Shown here: one piece after another, positions 16,493 to 29,297 of the stretch
How positions within the stretch are numbered: position 1 is the stretch's first letter
Layout of the letters: the number at the start of each line of letters is the position of its first letter
Source of the DNA: Eledone cirrhosa
Lineage: Eukaryota
Assembly (NCBI GenBank): GCA_964016885.1
Contig: OZ024740.1
Coordinates: forward strand, 54,808,001 to 54,872,000
Length of the DNA: 64,000 bases
Reading direction: 5' to 3'
Made by a program: the position numbers and the translations under genes
Notes under the pieces: generated by a model
What the model saw: only the letters and a program-made list of their open reading frames with translations
Database searches by the model: none
Told to the model about the DNA's origin: nothing

Positions 16493-16503
16493 CTTCTATA
16501 TTG

Positions 16504-16535
<32 letters not shown>

Positions 16536-16565
16536 AGATCAAAAGATGGGTAAAAGAGTTCCAAG

Positions 16566-16636
16566 TATTTTATTATCCGCATTTCAAAATCAAATATCAT
16601 CATGGGATGATATCTGCTTTCTCATCAGATAAAATA
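16566..16636 (-). ncRNA. Complete type I hammerhead ribozyme with long stem II
   Basis: Minus strand: TATTTTAT CTGATGA GAAAGCAGATATCATC-ccat-GATGATATTTGATTTT GAAA TGCGGA TA ATAAAATA; 8-bp stem I, ~16-bp stem II, intact core. Confidence 0.85.
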
Positions 16637-17414
16637 GGGAGACATCATATGAAGCTTAAAAAACATCTTTTGATCTCATATTATTTATACTCCAGTCCTA
16701 CAAACTGTAGAGTGCTACTTATCCGATATTTGCATTGCTTTACTGTGCTACAATAAAACTCACCTCCTACATTATATATATATATATATATATATAGTAA
16801 TAATAATATATGTGAAGACTAAAATCCAAAGAGGGCTCGATAAGGATAAATATATATCATATATATAACAAAATATACGTATTTATCTATTTATATTTAT
16901 AAATACAAAGGTATTTCTAACATGTACATACTTGCATTGCAATAGGTACTGTCTTATATCACATCGAAATATTTCCACTTATATTCACACAGAATCACAG
17001 AGACAAGCAGGCAGACACATACACTCACACAATAAATGCACATATTTATTTATACACATATATAAATATGTATACACACTTTGATATATATGTGAGACAT
17101 ACACACATGATCAGACCTGTTCAAATGCATTCAGTCTGTGACCATATGTTTTTGTTTTATTTTTTCAGCACTGTAGAATTATGGATGATAATCAACGAGT
17201 TACTAAGATGTTGGTTGAGTGAGATATGTGTGCGATTACCTATATTCTTAATCGTGTGCTTTCATATATTAACTTACAGCAAGGTTGATTGTGCCTCTCA
17301 TTTTTCCAGGGCTGATAATATCGCTAAGGAAAATACTTCAGTGGGAAGTACTGCATACTAAATAAAATAACCATTTGGTTTTGTTAAAAAACTAGCTTTC
17401 TGCCTGAATTAGTG

Positions 17415-17466
<52 letters not shown>

Positions 17467-17679
17467 TTGCTGCTGCTGCTGCTCCTGCTACTACTACTAC
17501 TATTAAGTTTTTAAATCAAATCTCGCTCTTGAAACAAGAAAATGCGAAATTAGTTTTCTATCTTCGTACACAGTAAATTCAAGGTTTCCTTTACATGTTT
17601 CTTCGCTTTCTTGTCTTTTCGCAAGGAGACAACTGTACAATTCTATCTACAAAAGGACATCGTACTAAATCGTCATTTA

Positions 17680-18500
17680 TATAGATCACCAACCATTTGT
17701 TCACTTCTTCCCTTCAGTCCAGCTTCCAATCACATCAAATCCGTCCATCATAGCAGCTCTCAATTCATTTACATTGCCGACGCCAGTGTCTTTCACTAGA
17801 GTATCAATGTATGTTATTGCCCTACAACCGGCGTTTCGTTGTCCGAATGGTGGTTTCCGCAGTATCCATTTTGATGCCTATTCTTCTTACTGTGTGTCCT
17901 GTTAACTTCATCCTTCTGACGCCTACGTTGAATGATACAGTTGCTAAATCTCCCTATATCTGTTCACTTGCTATTCTGTCTCGTCATGCCATATTCAATG
18001 CCATCCAGCTTTTCTCCATTGCCCTGTCAATGGTCCTTGTTTTACTTCCTTATAACAGAATAGGCTCCAATTTTGTCACAAACTGACGTACCTTCTTGTT
18101 CCTTTTTAGGTTGCATTTCCAGACCTTATTCATTTTGTGATGCCTTCCTTAATAATAAAAAAAAAGAAAAAAAAAACGTTTTCAGTGCGTTTCATTTAAT
18201 GTTTTCAGCGTACTAGACTATCATGCATATCTTGCTTTGATTGAAAGGCACAATTTCAGTCTTCTTACCATTTAAGTGTATTTCCATTTTAGCCCCTTCT
18301 ATCTTAATGCACTTCAGCATTTCGTGTGCCTCCACAACTTCTTCCGATATTGTTGAAATATCATCCGTATAGTCTGTGTAAGTTACGATCCCAGGTTCCT
18401 GCCTGATGTTTCTCGCGTGATCAAGCTTAAAGCCTAGTCCTACTTCCCTTCCACGAATTGCCTTTCGCTTTGCATAGGCAAGCACAAGAGCAAATCCCAA
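17680..18500 (-). mobile_element. Degenerate RTE/RTEX-like LINE RT and C-terminal fragment
   Basis: DYTDDISTISEEVVEAHEMLKCIKIEGAKMEIHLNGKKTE, then MALN..RRMKLTGHTVRR with stops; similar to 57205-57540. Confidence 0.65.
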
Positions 18501-18639
18501 ACTCCATACTCCAACGGTGGTGGTGCTTGTGCTGGTGAAATTAATTCTCATGAAAAATTAATTATAAATATTTTTTTTTTTCTTCGACGAATGACTTTGC
18601 CTAAAAACTTTGTATAATTTCCTCTCAACTAAACATAGG

Positions 18640-19290
18640 ACATTATTTCATTACGGGGTCGATAAAATAAAGTACCAGTAATGTACTGAAAATTGCTGGC
18701 CTTGTGCCTAAAGTAGAAACAATTATTTCTTATTAGGACCCCATAAGAATAAAAAGGAAATTTAACGCCGAGGTTAACTTTGCCTTTCATCCTTACGGGG
18801 TCGATAAAATAAAGTACCAGTAATACACTGGAATAAAGGCTGGCCTTGTGCCAAAAGTAGAAACAATTAATTCTTATTTCATGGGTGGTAGATTGGCAGT
18901 ATCGGTAGAGCGTTGGACACTCTGTTTTACATAGATTTACGGCCCTTTACATTATGAGTTCAAATCCATTTGAGGTTAGCTTTGCTTTTCATCCTTTCGG
19001 GGTCGAAAAAATAAATCAACAGTAATGAACGGGGGTCGATTTAATTGACTTTCCCCTGCCCTAAAATTGTTGTCATTGTGTCTAAATCAGGAATCATTAT
19101 TTCTAGTGCGGTGGATTGGCAATATCAGCAGAGGGTCGGATGCCATGATTTGCAGCATAGACTTACGTCCTTTTATGGTCTGAGTTCAAATCCCGTCGTG
19201 GTTAACTTTGCAATTCATCCTTACGGGTCGATAAAATAAAGTACCAGTAACGCACTGGGGTTGTACCGAAAGTAGAAATAATTATTTCTT
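18640..19290 (+). mobile_element. Cluster of four same-orientation SINE copies/fragments
   Basis: Repeated GGG(G)TCGATAAAATAAAGTACCAG-type core near 18655, 18797, 19000 and 19225. Confidence 0.8.
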
Positions 19291-19679
19291 ATTTCAAAAC
19301 GACTTTTTTTAAATGACTCCACCGACACACCCATCAACATTTAAAGGCATGTCGTAGAGGATATTGTATATAATTTTGAAAAATGAATGACTTGTTTGAG
19401 GTCCTCAAAAATATTTTTAAGGGTACAACAAATATTACTTCTGTTCTTTCAAACGGGTCACGTCCTATTTGAAGAGTCGCAGAATGTTTAAGCGTAGTTT
19501 TCATACGGCCTTACATGTTTTGAGAGACACATAATACCCTATTTAACATGCACCGTAAAATTGTTCAAAGGCACCTTAATAAAGACATTGGATTTTATTT
19601 CGGAATGAATTACGTCATAATTTTCGTGTCCCTCAAAATTATACAAACGTACCTGTAATAATCTAAATGAATCTTCGTC

Positions 19680-21760
19680 GGTGGTGATGGAAATGATACT
19701 GCTCTTCTAAGTAATGGTGAAGTTGCTGATGGTGATGGTGATAGTGATGGCTTGTGTTGTAGGTGAAAGGATATGATTACACGTATGTGCATGTCGGTAG
19801 ATGTAGCTGGCGTTGGCGTTGGCAAATATAATAGAGTCAGTGATTATGGTTGTAAGGATGTAGGTAGTGCTGGTGACGGAGGGGGAGATGCTGGTGTGAT
19901 GTTGTTGGTGATAATGTTGCTGCTGCTGTTGGGTGTGGGGGAACTGATAGAGGATGTAGTCCTGGCGATGGGAGTGGTGATGATTGTGTTGTGTTTGTTG
20001 GTGGTGGTGGTGGTAACGGCAGTGGTGGGGGAGATAATGATGGTGTTGATGATAATTATAGTAATGTTCATAATTGTGGCTAAGAAGGTCGATAATGATG
20101 ATGACAATGATAGAGAGCTGTTGTTGTTGCTGTGGGTGGTGGTGGTGGTGGTGGTGGTGGTAGTGGTGATGGTGGTTATGGTTGTGGTGGTGGTGGTGGT
20201 GGTGGTAGTGGTGATGGTGGTGTTAGTGGTTATGGTGGTGGTGGTGGTGGTGGTACTAGTGCTAGTGGTGACGGTGTTGGTGGTATTGGTGGTGGTGTTA
20301 GTAGTTATGGTTGGGGTGGTGGTAGTGGTGATGGTAGTGGTGACGGTAGTGGTAGTTGTGGTTGTGTTGGTAGTGATGGTGTTGGTGATGGTGGTGGTGG
20401 TAGTGACGATGGTGTTGGTGGGGTTGGTAGTGGTGGGGGTGATAGTGGAGGTGGTGGTAGTGATTGTAGTGGTGGTGGTGGTGGTGGTAGTGTTTAATCT
20501 ACTTGTTTTTTTTTACCCTATGATGGAGCTAATAATTAATGTGGTGGTGGTGGTGTTTGTGGTGCTGGTGGTGGTGGTGGTGTTTGCGGTGCTGGTGCTA
20601 GAGGTGGTGGTGCTGGTGGTGTTGGTGGTGGTAGTGGTGCTGGTGGTGTTGATGGTGGTGGTGCTGGTGCTGGTGGTGCTGGTGGTGCTGGTGGTGTTGG
20701 TGGTGGTAGTGGTGCTGGTGGTGTTGATGGTGGTGGTGCTGGTGCAGGTACTGGTGGTGGTGCTGGTGGTGCTGGTGGTAGTGGTGACGGTAGAGCTGGT
20801 GGTAAGGATGAGGGTACTGGTGAGGGTGGTACTAGTGAGCGTGGTATGGTGCTGGAGAGGGTGGTGCTGGTGGTGTTTTTGATGGAGTGATAGAGTGTTG
20901 GTAGTGGTAGCGGTGGTGGTTGTGCTAGGGGCAGAGCCACTGCTGTCACTGTATTATGGGTGAGGTGATCATTATAAGAGGGGGAAGGAGCATTGACGAA
21001 GTAGAAGGTGACAATAATGTTACTGTAGGTGGTGGTGTGTTGATTTTGTTATTGATAGTGTGATAATCGTGCTGGTGGTGGTGGTGGAGGGCGGGTGATC
21101 ATCGTCATCATCATCATCACCGTTATCTTAACGATTGTATTATTGCTGGGAGTGATGGTGAGGGTAGAGTCTAAGATGGTGGTGATGGTGATGGTGGTGG
21201 TGGTGGTGGTGGTAGTGGTGGTGACAGGGGCGGTAGTGATAATAGTTGTAGTATTATTACTGATGATGGCTGTAGAGTGTCGATATTGGTGATTATTGGT
21301 GTGATAATGTTGTTGGTGCTGTTGTTGGAGGTTAACGTGGTAGACTTCGCCGTTATGGTGGTGGTGATGACGACGATATGGTGTTTTGGGAAGTGGTGGT
21401 GTTAATGCTGTAAGTAGCATTGCTGTTGATGGTTGTTGAATGTCGACTTTGGTGATTGTTTTTAAGATAGTGATGATGAAGATGAAAGTTGTTGTAATAG
21501 TATGCAAGTTAATAGGAGACGGGGAACAATGGTAGTCATAGTGCTGACTGTACTAAGCAGGTCGCATTGGAGTTGGTGCGTTTCTGGCGATATTTTAGAG
21601 ATGGTGGTTGTGTGGTGATAGTGGTTGTGGCGATGTGTTTATGTTAGAGGTCTGTTGGTGGTCGTTGTGGTTGTGTTGCTAGTGCCGTTGTGTTAGTGGT
21701 AGTGTTTATTTGTAGTGGCGGTGGTGACTGTGATCGTTGTCGTCCTGGTGGTGGCAGTAA
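19680..21760. repeat. (GGT)n/(GAT)n cryptic trinucleotide low-complexity tract
   Basis: Explains the poly-Val, poly-Gly and poly-Pro ORFs; no domain content. Confidence 0.85.
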
Positions 21761-21945
21761 TAATTGTTTCTACTTTAGGCACAAGGCCAGCAATTACCCA
21801 GTACATTACTGGTACTTATTTTATCGACCCCGTAAGGATGAAAGGCAAAGTTAACCTCGGCGGGATTTGAACTCAGATCATAAAGGGACGTAACTCTATG
21901 CTAGAAAGCATGGCGTCCAACCTTCTACCGATACTGCCAATCAGG
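21758..21945 (-). mobile_element. tRNA-derived SINE
   Basis: Reverse complement of the family consensus (TTTATCGACCCCGTAAGGATGAAAGGCAAAG). Confidence 0.85.
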
Positions 21946-22068
21946 TGGCAGTAATAATGAATGCTAGCAGTAATGATGATTAATGGTGGTGTTCTCTATT
22001 CTAGTGGTGATAGGGACGAAATGTGTTTGTTGTTGTTGTTAATATCTCTTATTATTTATCTCCAGATT

Positions 22069-22480
22069 AGGGCGGTGGATTGACAGTATCGGTAGAGGGT
22101 CGGACGCCATGCTTTGCAGCATAGAGTTACGGTCCTTTATGATCTGAGTTCAAATCCCGCAGAGGTTAACTTTGCCTTTCATTCTTACGGGGTCGATAAA
22201 ATAAAGTACCAGTATTGCACTGGGGTCGATTTAATCGATTTCCACTCCCCCAAAATTGCTGGTCTTGTGCCTATATAAGAAATCATTATTTATCTCCAGA
22301 TTAGGGTGATGGATTGGCAGTATTGGTAGACGGTCGGACGCCATGCTTTGCAGCATAGAGTTACGGCCCTTTATGATCTGAGTTCAAATCCCGCAGAGGT
22401 TAACTTTGCCTTTCATCCTTACGGGGTCAATAAAATAAAGTACCAGTAACGCACTGTGGTCATTTAATCGATTATCCCCT
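22069..22480 (+). mobile_element. Two head-to-tail SINE copies; first flanked by an 18-bp target-site duplication
   Basis: ATTATTTATCTCCAGATT at 22051-22068 and 22285-22302; each is followed by the SINE head. Confidence 0.85.
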
Positions 22481-23309
22481 GACCCAGGGGAATACGTCGA
22501 AGCTCAGAATAGATTGGTGTACATCAAAAATAAATTCGTACGTTGAGATTTCTATTGTGAGAAATGGCCTGGCGCAATCCAAGGCCTTTCGCGTAAGGGT
22601 AGAATATTTGAAGCATAGTAGTTGTCGATGTGACATTGGAAGAATCTGGTTTGTCCCTTATTTCTATTATGTATGTATTGTATGGTCCCACAACTCCTGA
22701 TAGAGTCGTAGTGGCGCCGCATTGACATAGTGCATTTCTTGGGCATTTTAAACCTGGCAGAGCTCATCCCTTTCGAGGCCTAAGTACCGCAGATTTCTTC
22801 CAGAGAAAGAGAGGGGAAATAAGAAAGAGCAAAAGAATCCACCCCAATACTAGACTGGTAACTTTTTTTATCGACCTCGATGTGTAAGTTCCCGAAATGG
22901 TACAGCCAGTTGTCGGGGGACACGTGTGATATTTTACAGTGTGCTCATCATGGCATTTCAATGGGATTTACTATTAGTAATATTTGTCGGTGTCCATTTC
23001 CTCTCCAAACAACCAGATCCTCGCCAAATTTAGCCTTCCATCATAAATAATTATTGGTCCAACACTACGGAGGCTGCTACCAGTCATCAAGGTATTCCTT
23101 CTAGTCGAACGACATAGCTGCGATATGTATATATATGAGAACAGTCCTTTGGCGCGCCGATAATCGCTTTTAGATGTCCTGTATTAAGTGCTGAAACATT
23201 TTGATCTCGATTTTACAGCTGATGAAGGATTTCTTTTCATTTCTTGTTTCGTCCATACTACAATCTTAAACTTTGTTTACAATAACCACACAGCGCCTTT
23301 CGTTTCTTA

Positions 23310-23368
<59 letters not shown>

Positions 23369-23445
23369 AGAGGTTATATTTAATTTGCCTTGGTGGCCCT
23401 TGAAATATGTATAATGAAATAAATATGGTTTTATAAATATAGTTT

Positions 23446-23566
<121 letters not shown>

Positions 23567-23827
23567 AAAATGCCGTAAATGGCTGATATGAATATATTGA
23601 AAATTAACATATCTTTTACTATGAAAACTAATGTAACAAAGTTGTCTTAAAAGACGTGTAGTACACGTTTGCTCGAAAGCGGGGCAGACGAAATTTTGTT
23701 ATTTTGAAGTCCTATTAATAGCCAAGAATGTGTACAATAAACTGATTTCAGAGACGGGTTATGCTGTCAACATTTTTAAATTTTCAATTCATATATATTT
23801 ATATATATATAAATGTAAGTATGCACA

Positions 23828-23880
<53 letters not shown>

Positions 23881-23883
<3 letters not shown>

Positions 23884-24078
23884 ACGTAGGAGGTGCGGTA
23901 AGGAACCAGATAGACCATAACGCACCAGAGTACTCAATAATTAGGATAGTAGAGTGGGTAATGGGAAAATATTTAACCCCGACGGCAGAGCTCAAGCCGT
24001 TTCGACGGCTATTTCTGAGTCCAGAAATAGCCGTCGAAACGGATTCAGCTCGGCCGTCGGGGTTAAACATTTTCCTAT
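23881..24078 (-). mobile_element. Family B fold-back element (hammerhead 3' half)
   Basis: Tail AGGAACCAG..GAGTACTCAATA..GAGTGGGTAAT plus palindrome CCCCGACGGC..GTTTCGACGGCTATTTCTG / CAGAAATAGCCGTCGAAAC..GCCGTCGGGG; TA-flanked. Confidence 0.8.
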
Positions 24079-24154
24079 ATATATATTTTTATATATACAC
24101 ACACACACACATATATATACATATACATGTACGTATGGGTTATATCGAACATTA

Positions 24155-24290
24155 ATAATTGTTTCTACTTTTGGTACTTTATTTTATCGACTCCGTAAGG
24201 ATGAAAGGTAAAGTTAACCTTGACGGGATTTGAACTCACACCATAAAGGGACGTAACTATGCTGGAAGGCATGTTGTCTGGCCCTCTACG
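24155..24290 (-). mobile_element. tRNA-derived SINE fragment
   Basis: TTTTATCGACTCCGTAAGGATGAAAGG..GATTTGAACTC. Confidence 0.7.
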
Positions 24291-24887
24291 TTTGTAAACA
24301 AACAGCCCGATCCGAAGTTGGGCAGTGCCGTTAACTGATCCTCACCCATTTGTTCATCACTTGCTTTGAGGAACAATCAGCATGTTACTGGGTCATTACC
24401 CTTCATCAGGCCGGCCGAAGATTTTGGGGGTTGTTTACAGGGTGTTTAAAATGATTTTCACCGCTCAATTACAATATCGCCCAATTAGTGTACTTAGCCA
24501 AAAATAACTAAACCATTATCGATCACATATATGAAACTAGTAGAATAATATTATATTAGGTATGATCGAAGTTGTAGCTGCCATATTAAATGAATATATA
24601 TATACATATAGCGGCGATGAATTAGTTTTGCGAGGTTTTTTATATGAAATCGTGTGTCGAAACAGATATTGTTATATTTGGGGAGGGTCATATTTGCGTA
24701 ATATTGCCAGAATTAATAACAGAACACACTAACTGTTTGGTTGGTTTTCGCTTCTCGCTGTCTTTTATATCTGCGATCTAACTTACTCGGTCCTCAATGT
24801 TGCCATTGACTGACCGACGGTCAAAAATAATACAGATACAATATAGACACAAACACATATATATAGTTTACATAATTTACATAAATC

Positions 24888-24915
24888 TTTCGTTGCACAT
24901 CTGCAACATCGTCAG
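24888..24915 (-). ncRNA. Hammerhead-like core in family A pLTR (stems I/III unclear)
   Basis: CTGACGA T GTTGCA-gatg-TGCAAC GAAA on the ORF strand; also at 27564-27591(-), 135-162(+), 34491-34518(-). Confidence 0.5.
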
Positions 24916-25202
24916 TGGTGTTATATTCATTGTTCCTCCTGTTGTGTTGTTTTGTATGTCTACGCCATTTTTTGTTCAGTCTGTCTATATATTTATTTAT
25001 TTATTTGCTTGTTTGTGTTATCTTATTTTATTTTGTCTTCTTTGCGCATGCGTTTGCGTGTGTGTATAGTGTTATGTGTGATGTGTGACTAGTGTGTATA
25101 GTGTTGTGTCTGCTGGGTGACTAGTGTGTGTTTATGTGCTTGTTGTTATTGTGCTTGTGTATGTATTTATTTATCTTAATTTATCTAGTTTTATTTACTT
25201 AT

Positions 25203-26351
25203 TTATACTTCTCTTAGGTCAGTGTTGTTTGTTTGGGTGTTGTTGTTGTTCCACTCATTCTTTCTGTTTAGCTTTGGTCTTCTAATTTCTATTTCACTGG
25301 CCTCTCTGATTTGCCTATCTGCTGGGTCATTCCTATGTTTAGATATTATTCTAATTTCTATGTTGTCTATGTTACCGTCATGTTGTTGTCTAGCATGTTC
25401 GTATAGTACTGACCCGTTTTTTCGTCCTTTTAGTTCCCCCCAGTGTTGGTCTATCCTTTCACCTATGCTACGAGCTGTCTCACCTATGTATGTTGTTGTC
25501 ATGTTTCTGCAAGTACCCTCTGTACATCTTATGCTATAGACTACGTTTCTAGTTTTACAGTTTATCCGGGGGTTCACCTTACATATGATACATTTCCTAT
25601 TGGTAGAGTGGGTTTTCTTAAAAGGGTAGGTTTTGCTGATCAGGGATTTTATGGTGGTTCCTGGCTTTTCTACCACCTTTATTTTTAAGTGGGTCTTTCT
25701 CAGGGCCTTTCTACACTGGTTAGCTAATTTCCCTCCAGGGGTGGCGTCCACAAACATGACACTCTGATATCTCTGGTTGTCGTGCCATGATGTGGCTTTC
25801 CCTATCTTATGTCTAGCCCTATCTAAGCTATTCCATGATTTGCTCCTGTATAGTGGGCAAATTCCTTTCATGTCCAGTTCTATGAGGGTCTTATACTTTT
25901 CCATGGCTCCTTTGTATACTCTGACTCTGTCTCTTTGGTTGTAGCCAGAGAACTGCATGCGGTTGATGAAGTGTTGGATGTGTCTTTCCATTTCTGTTAG
26001 GTCGCACATGCTGGACACATTCTTCATCACTCGTACCAAATCTGCGATCAGAATATTAAACTTAGCACTACTGGACATTGCTGAGTTTTTGAGTATCAGG
26101 TATTTGGAGGCCATGGGTTTAGCATAGTGTGACTGGAGAATTTGGGCTCTCTCGTCTAAAGTGTTAATCCAGAGTTCTGTGTCTAATACAGGTAGTCTAT
26201 TGTTAGGGTGTTTGGAAGGGAAGTCTATAGTTACAGTTATACTCTGGTGTATGGAATTAGCTATCTGCTGGATGCTTTCCATCGTGCTACGTTCTAAATC
26301 AAACTTGTTAGTGCTCTCTAGTGGGGGTGCTCTTATAACTATATTGATATC
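25203..26351 (-). pseudogene. PLE RT C-terminal part, thumb, Cys linker and GIY-YIG endonuclease (5'-truncated at the second Asp of YVDD)
   Basis: [55 protein letters not shown] motifs in an open frame. Confidence 0.9.
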
Positions 26352-26480
26352 GCAGATATAAAAGACAGCGAGAAGCGAAAACCAACCAAACAGTGTGTGT
26401 GTTCTGTTATTAATTCTGGCAATATTAAGCAAATATGACCCTCCCCAAATATATATACATATACATATATATGTATATAT

Positions 26481-26526
<46 letters not shown>

Positions 26527-26642
26527 ATAAATATGTATATATATATTTATATATATATATATATAGATATACATATATATGTGTGTATGTGTATATGTAT
26601 ATATATATATTTATATATATGTATATATAAATATACACAGAC

Positions 26643-26677
<35 letters not shown>

Positions 26678-27259
26678 TGTATGTATGTATGTATGTATGT
26701 ATGTATATATATAGAGAGAGAGAGATAGATAGATATAACCTGATGTGTACGTCCCTACATAACCACAGATACCATTAGTAAAGCGTTTACTGTATTGTGT
26801 TCAATAAATACATTTGTCTATTGAAAATTTATATTACAATGAATGCTGTGTCACAGCATGTTGTTACATAAATAGTAATCGATTACAATAGACTCGCAGT
26901 CTAATATCTGTACAAACAAAAGAACAATCAGTCTGTAACATTGCCGACACGGATATCGGTTAACACGTGATGATTGCCTAGTTCTCTCTCTGTCTCTTTG
27001 TCAATCTATTAAGGTCTTACTCACTCCTCCCTTTCTCCTCTCGCTCTCCTCTCTCTCTCTTTCTCTCTCTTCGTATATTTATCTATCTAGTTCTCTATCA
27101 ATATCTGTATGGTCGTATATAAGTAATATCCAGTTGCTGTCTGATGTGATGGGACTCTAAGCTTTTCCGTTATTTTTATTCATGTCTTTGTCCTGGGCAC
27201 CCCATTTTGAAATACACACATGATCTCACACACACACACCCGCACCCACACACGCACAC

Positions 27260-27351
<92 letters not shown>

Positions 27352-27353
<2 letters not shown>

Positions 27354-29297
27354 GGTTATACTTGGGGAGGGTCATATTTGTGTAATATTGCCAGAATTAA
27401 TAACAGAACACACTCACTGATTGGTTGGTTTTCGCTTCTCGCTGTCTTTTATATCGGTAATCTAACTTACTCGGTCCTCAATGTTGCCATTGACTGACCG
27501 ACTGTCAAAAATAATACAGATACAATATAGACACAAACACATATATATAGTTTATCATAAATCTTTCGTTGCACATCTGCAACATCGTCAGTGGTGTTAT
27601 ATTTTCCTCCTGTTGTGTTGTATGTCTACGCCATTTTTATTCAGTCTGTCTATATATTTATTTATTTATTTGCTTGTTTGTCTATTTTATTTCGTCTTCT
27701 TTGCGCATGCGTTTGCGTGTGTGTATAGTGTTATGTTTGCTGTGTGATGGGTGACTAGTGTGTGTTTATGTGCTTGTTGTTATTGTGCTTGTGTATGTAT
27801 TTATTTATTTATTTATCTTATTTTATTTACTTATTTATACTTCTCTTAGGTCAGTGTTGTTTGTTTGGGTGTTGTTGTTATTCCATTCATTATTTCTGCT
27901 TAGCTTTGGTCTTCTAATTTCTATTTCACTGGCCTCTCTGATTTGCCTATCCGCTGGGTCATTTCTATGTTTAGATATTATTCTAATTTCTATGTTGTCT
28001 ATGTTACCGTCATGTTGTTGTCTAGCATGTTCGTATAGTACTGACCCGTTTTTTCGTCCTTTTAGTTCCCCCCAGTGTTGGTCTATCCTTTCACCTATGC
28101 TACGAGCTGTCTCACCTATGTATGTTGTTGTCATGTTTCTGCAAGTACCCTCTGTACATCTTATGCTATAGACTACGTTTCTAGTTTTACATATGATACA
28201 TTTCCTATTGGTACAGCGGGTTTTCTTAAAAGGGTAGGTTTTGCTGATCAGGGATTTTATGGTGGTTCCTGGCTTTTCTACCACCTTTATTTTTAAGTGG
28301 GTCTTTCTCAGGGCCTTTCTACACTGGTTAGCTAATTTCCCTCCAGGGGTGGCGTCCACAAACATGACACTCTGGTATCTCTGGTTGTCGTACCATGAGG
28401 TGGCTTTCCCTATCTTATGTCTAGCCCTATCTAAGCTATTCCATGATTTGCTCCTGTATAATGGGCAAATTCCTTTCATGTCCAGTTCTATGAGGGTCTT
28501 ATACTTTTCCATGGCTCCTTCGTATACTCTGACTCTGTCTCTTTGGTTGTAGCCAGAGAACTGCATGCAGTTGATGAAGTGTTGGATGTGTCTTTCCATT
28601 TCTGTTGGGTCGCACATGCCGGACACGTTCTTCATCACTCGTACCAAATCTGCGATCAGAATATTAAACTTAGCACTACTGGACATTGCTGAGTTTTTGA
28701 GTATCAGGTATTTGGAGGCCATGCGTTTAGCATAGTGTGAGTGGAGAATTTGGGCTCTCTCGTCTATAGTGTTAATCCAGAGTTCTGTGTCTAATACAGG
28801 TAGTCTATCGTTAGGGTGTTTGGAAGGGAAGTCGATAGTTACAGTTATACTCTGGTGTATGGAATTAGCTATCTGCTGGATGCTTTCCATCGTGTTACGT
28901 TCTAAATCAAACTTGTTAGTGCTCTCTAGTGGGGGTGCTCTTATAACTATATTGATATCGTCTACATAACGAGAGTACATGATGAGGTCTATGGAGCTTT
29001 CATTAAGGAGATCTTTAAGTCTCCTTTCCCACCATACCATGAAAAGGTTGGCAACATCACCAGCTATGCTGACGCCGATGGCTGCTCCCTCATTTTGGGT
29101 GTAGATTTTCTCGTTGAACTTAAATATGTGGCCCTTTAGTGTAGTTTTGATACTAGCCCCTATTGCATGTGCGACCATTTTTCTTACCTGATCATTGTTT
29201 TGGGGGGTCCGTATAGCTTTGGTCCACCCAATCCACCTTCCCATGGGAGTCTTTTTTGCCATTGAGGTTATGGTGGGGGTTCTACCTCTTATAGGTC

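Larger units (their letters stand above)
24610..26450 (-). mobile_element. Penelope-like element family A, 5'-truncated, with inverted 5' pLTR piece
   Basis: ORF remnant 25203-26351, 3' pLTR 24610-25200, and 26349-26450 as an inverted copy of ~24675-24777; TA-rich flanks. Confidence 0.9.

Noticed and set aside
19773-20949. 369-aa Val-rich, Gly-rich and Pro-rich ORFs
   Set aside because: Frames of a (GGT)n cryptic repeat; no domain or splice evidence.
23215-23240. CTGATGAAGGA family C start
   Set aside because: Stem II 3' strand and GAAA are missing; cannot be called a ribozyme.
24612-24680. Antisense hammerhead-like GCGATGA..GAAACAGATATTGTT at the family A end
   Set aside because: Core is not CUGANGA, stems I and II are unconvincing, and it is opposite to the ORF strand.
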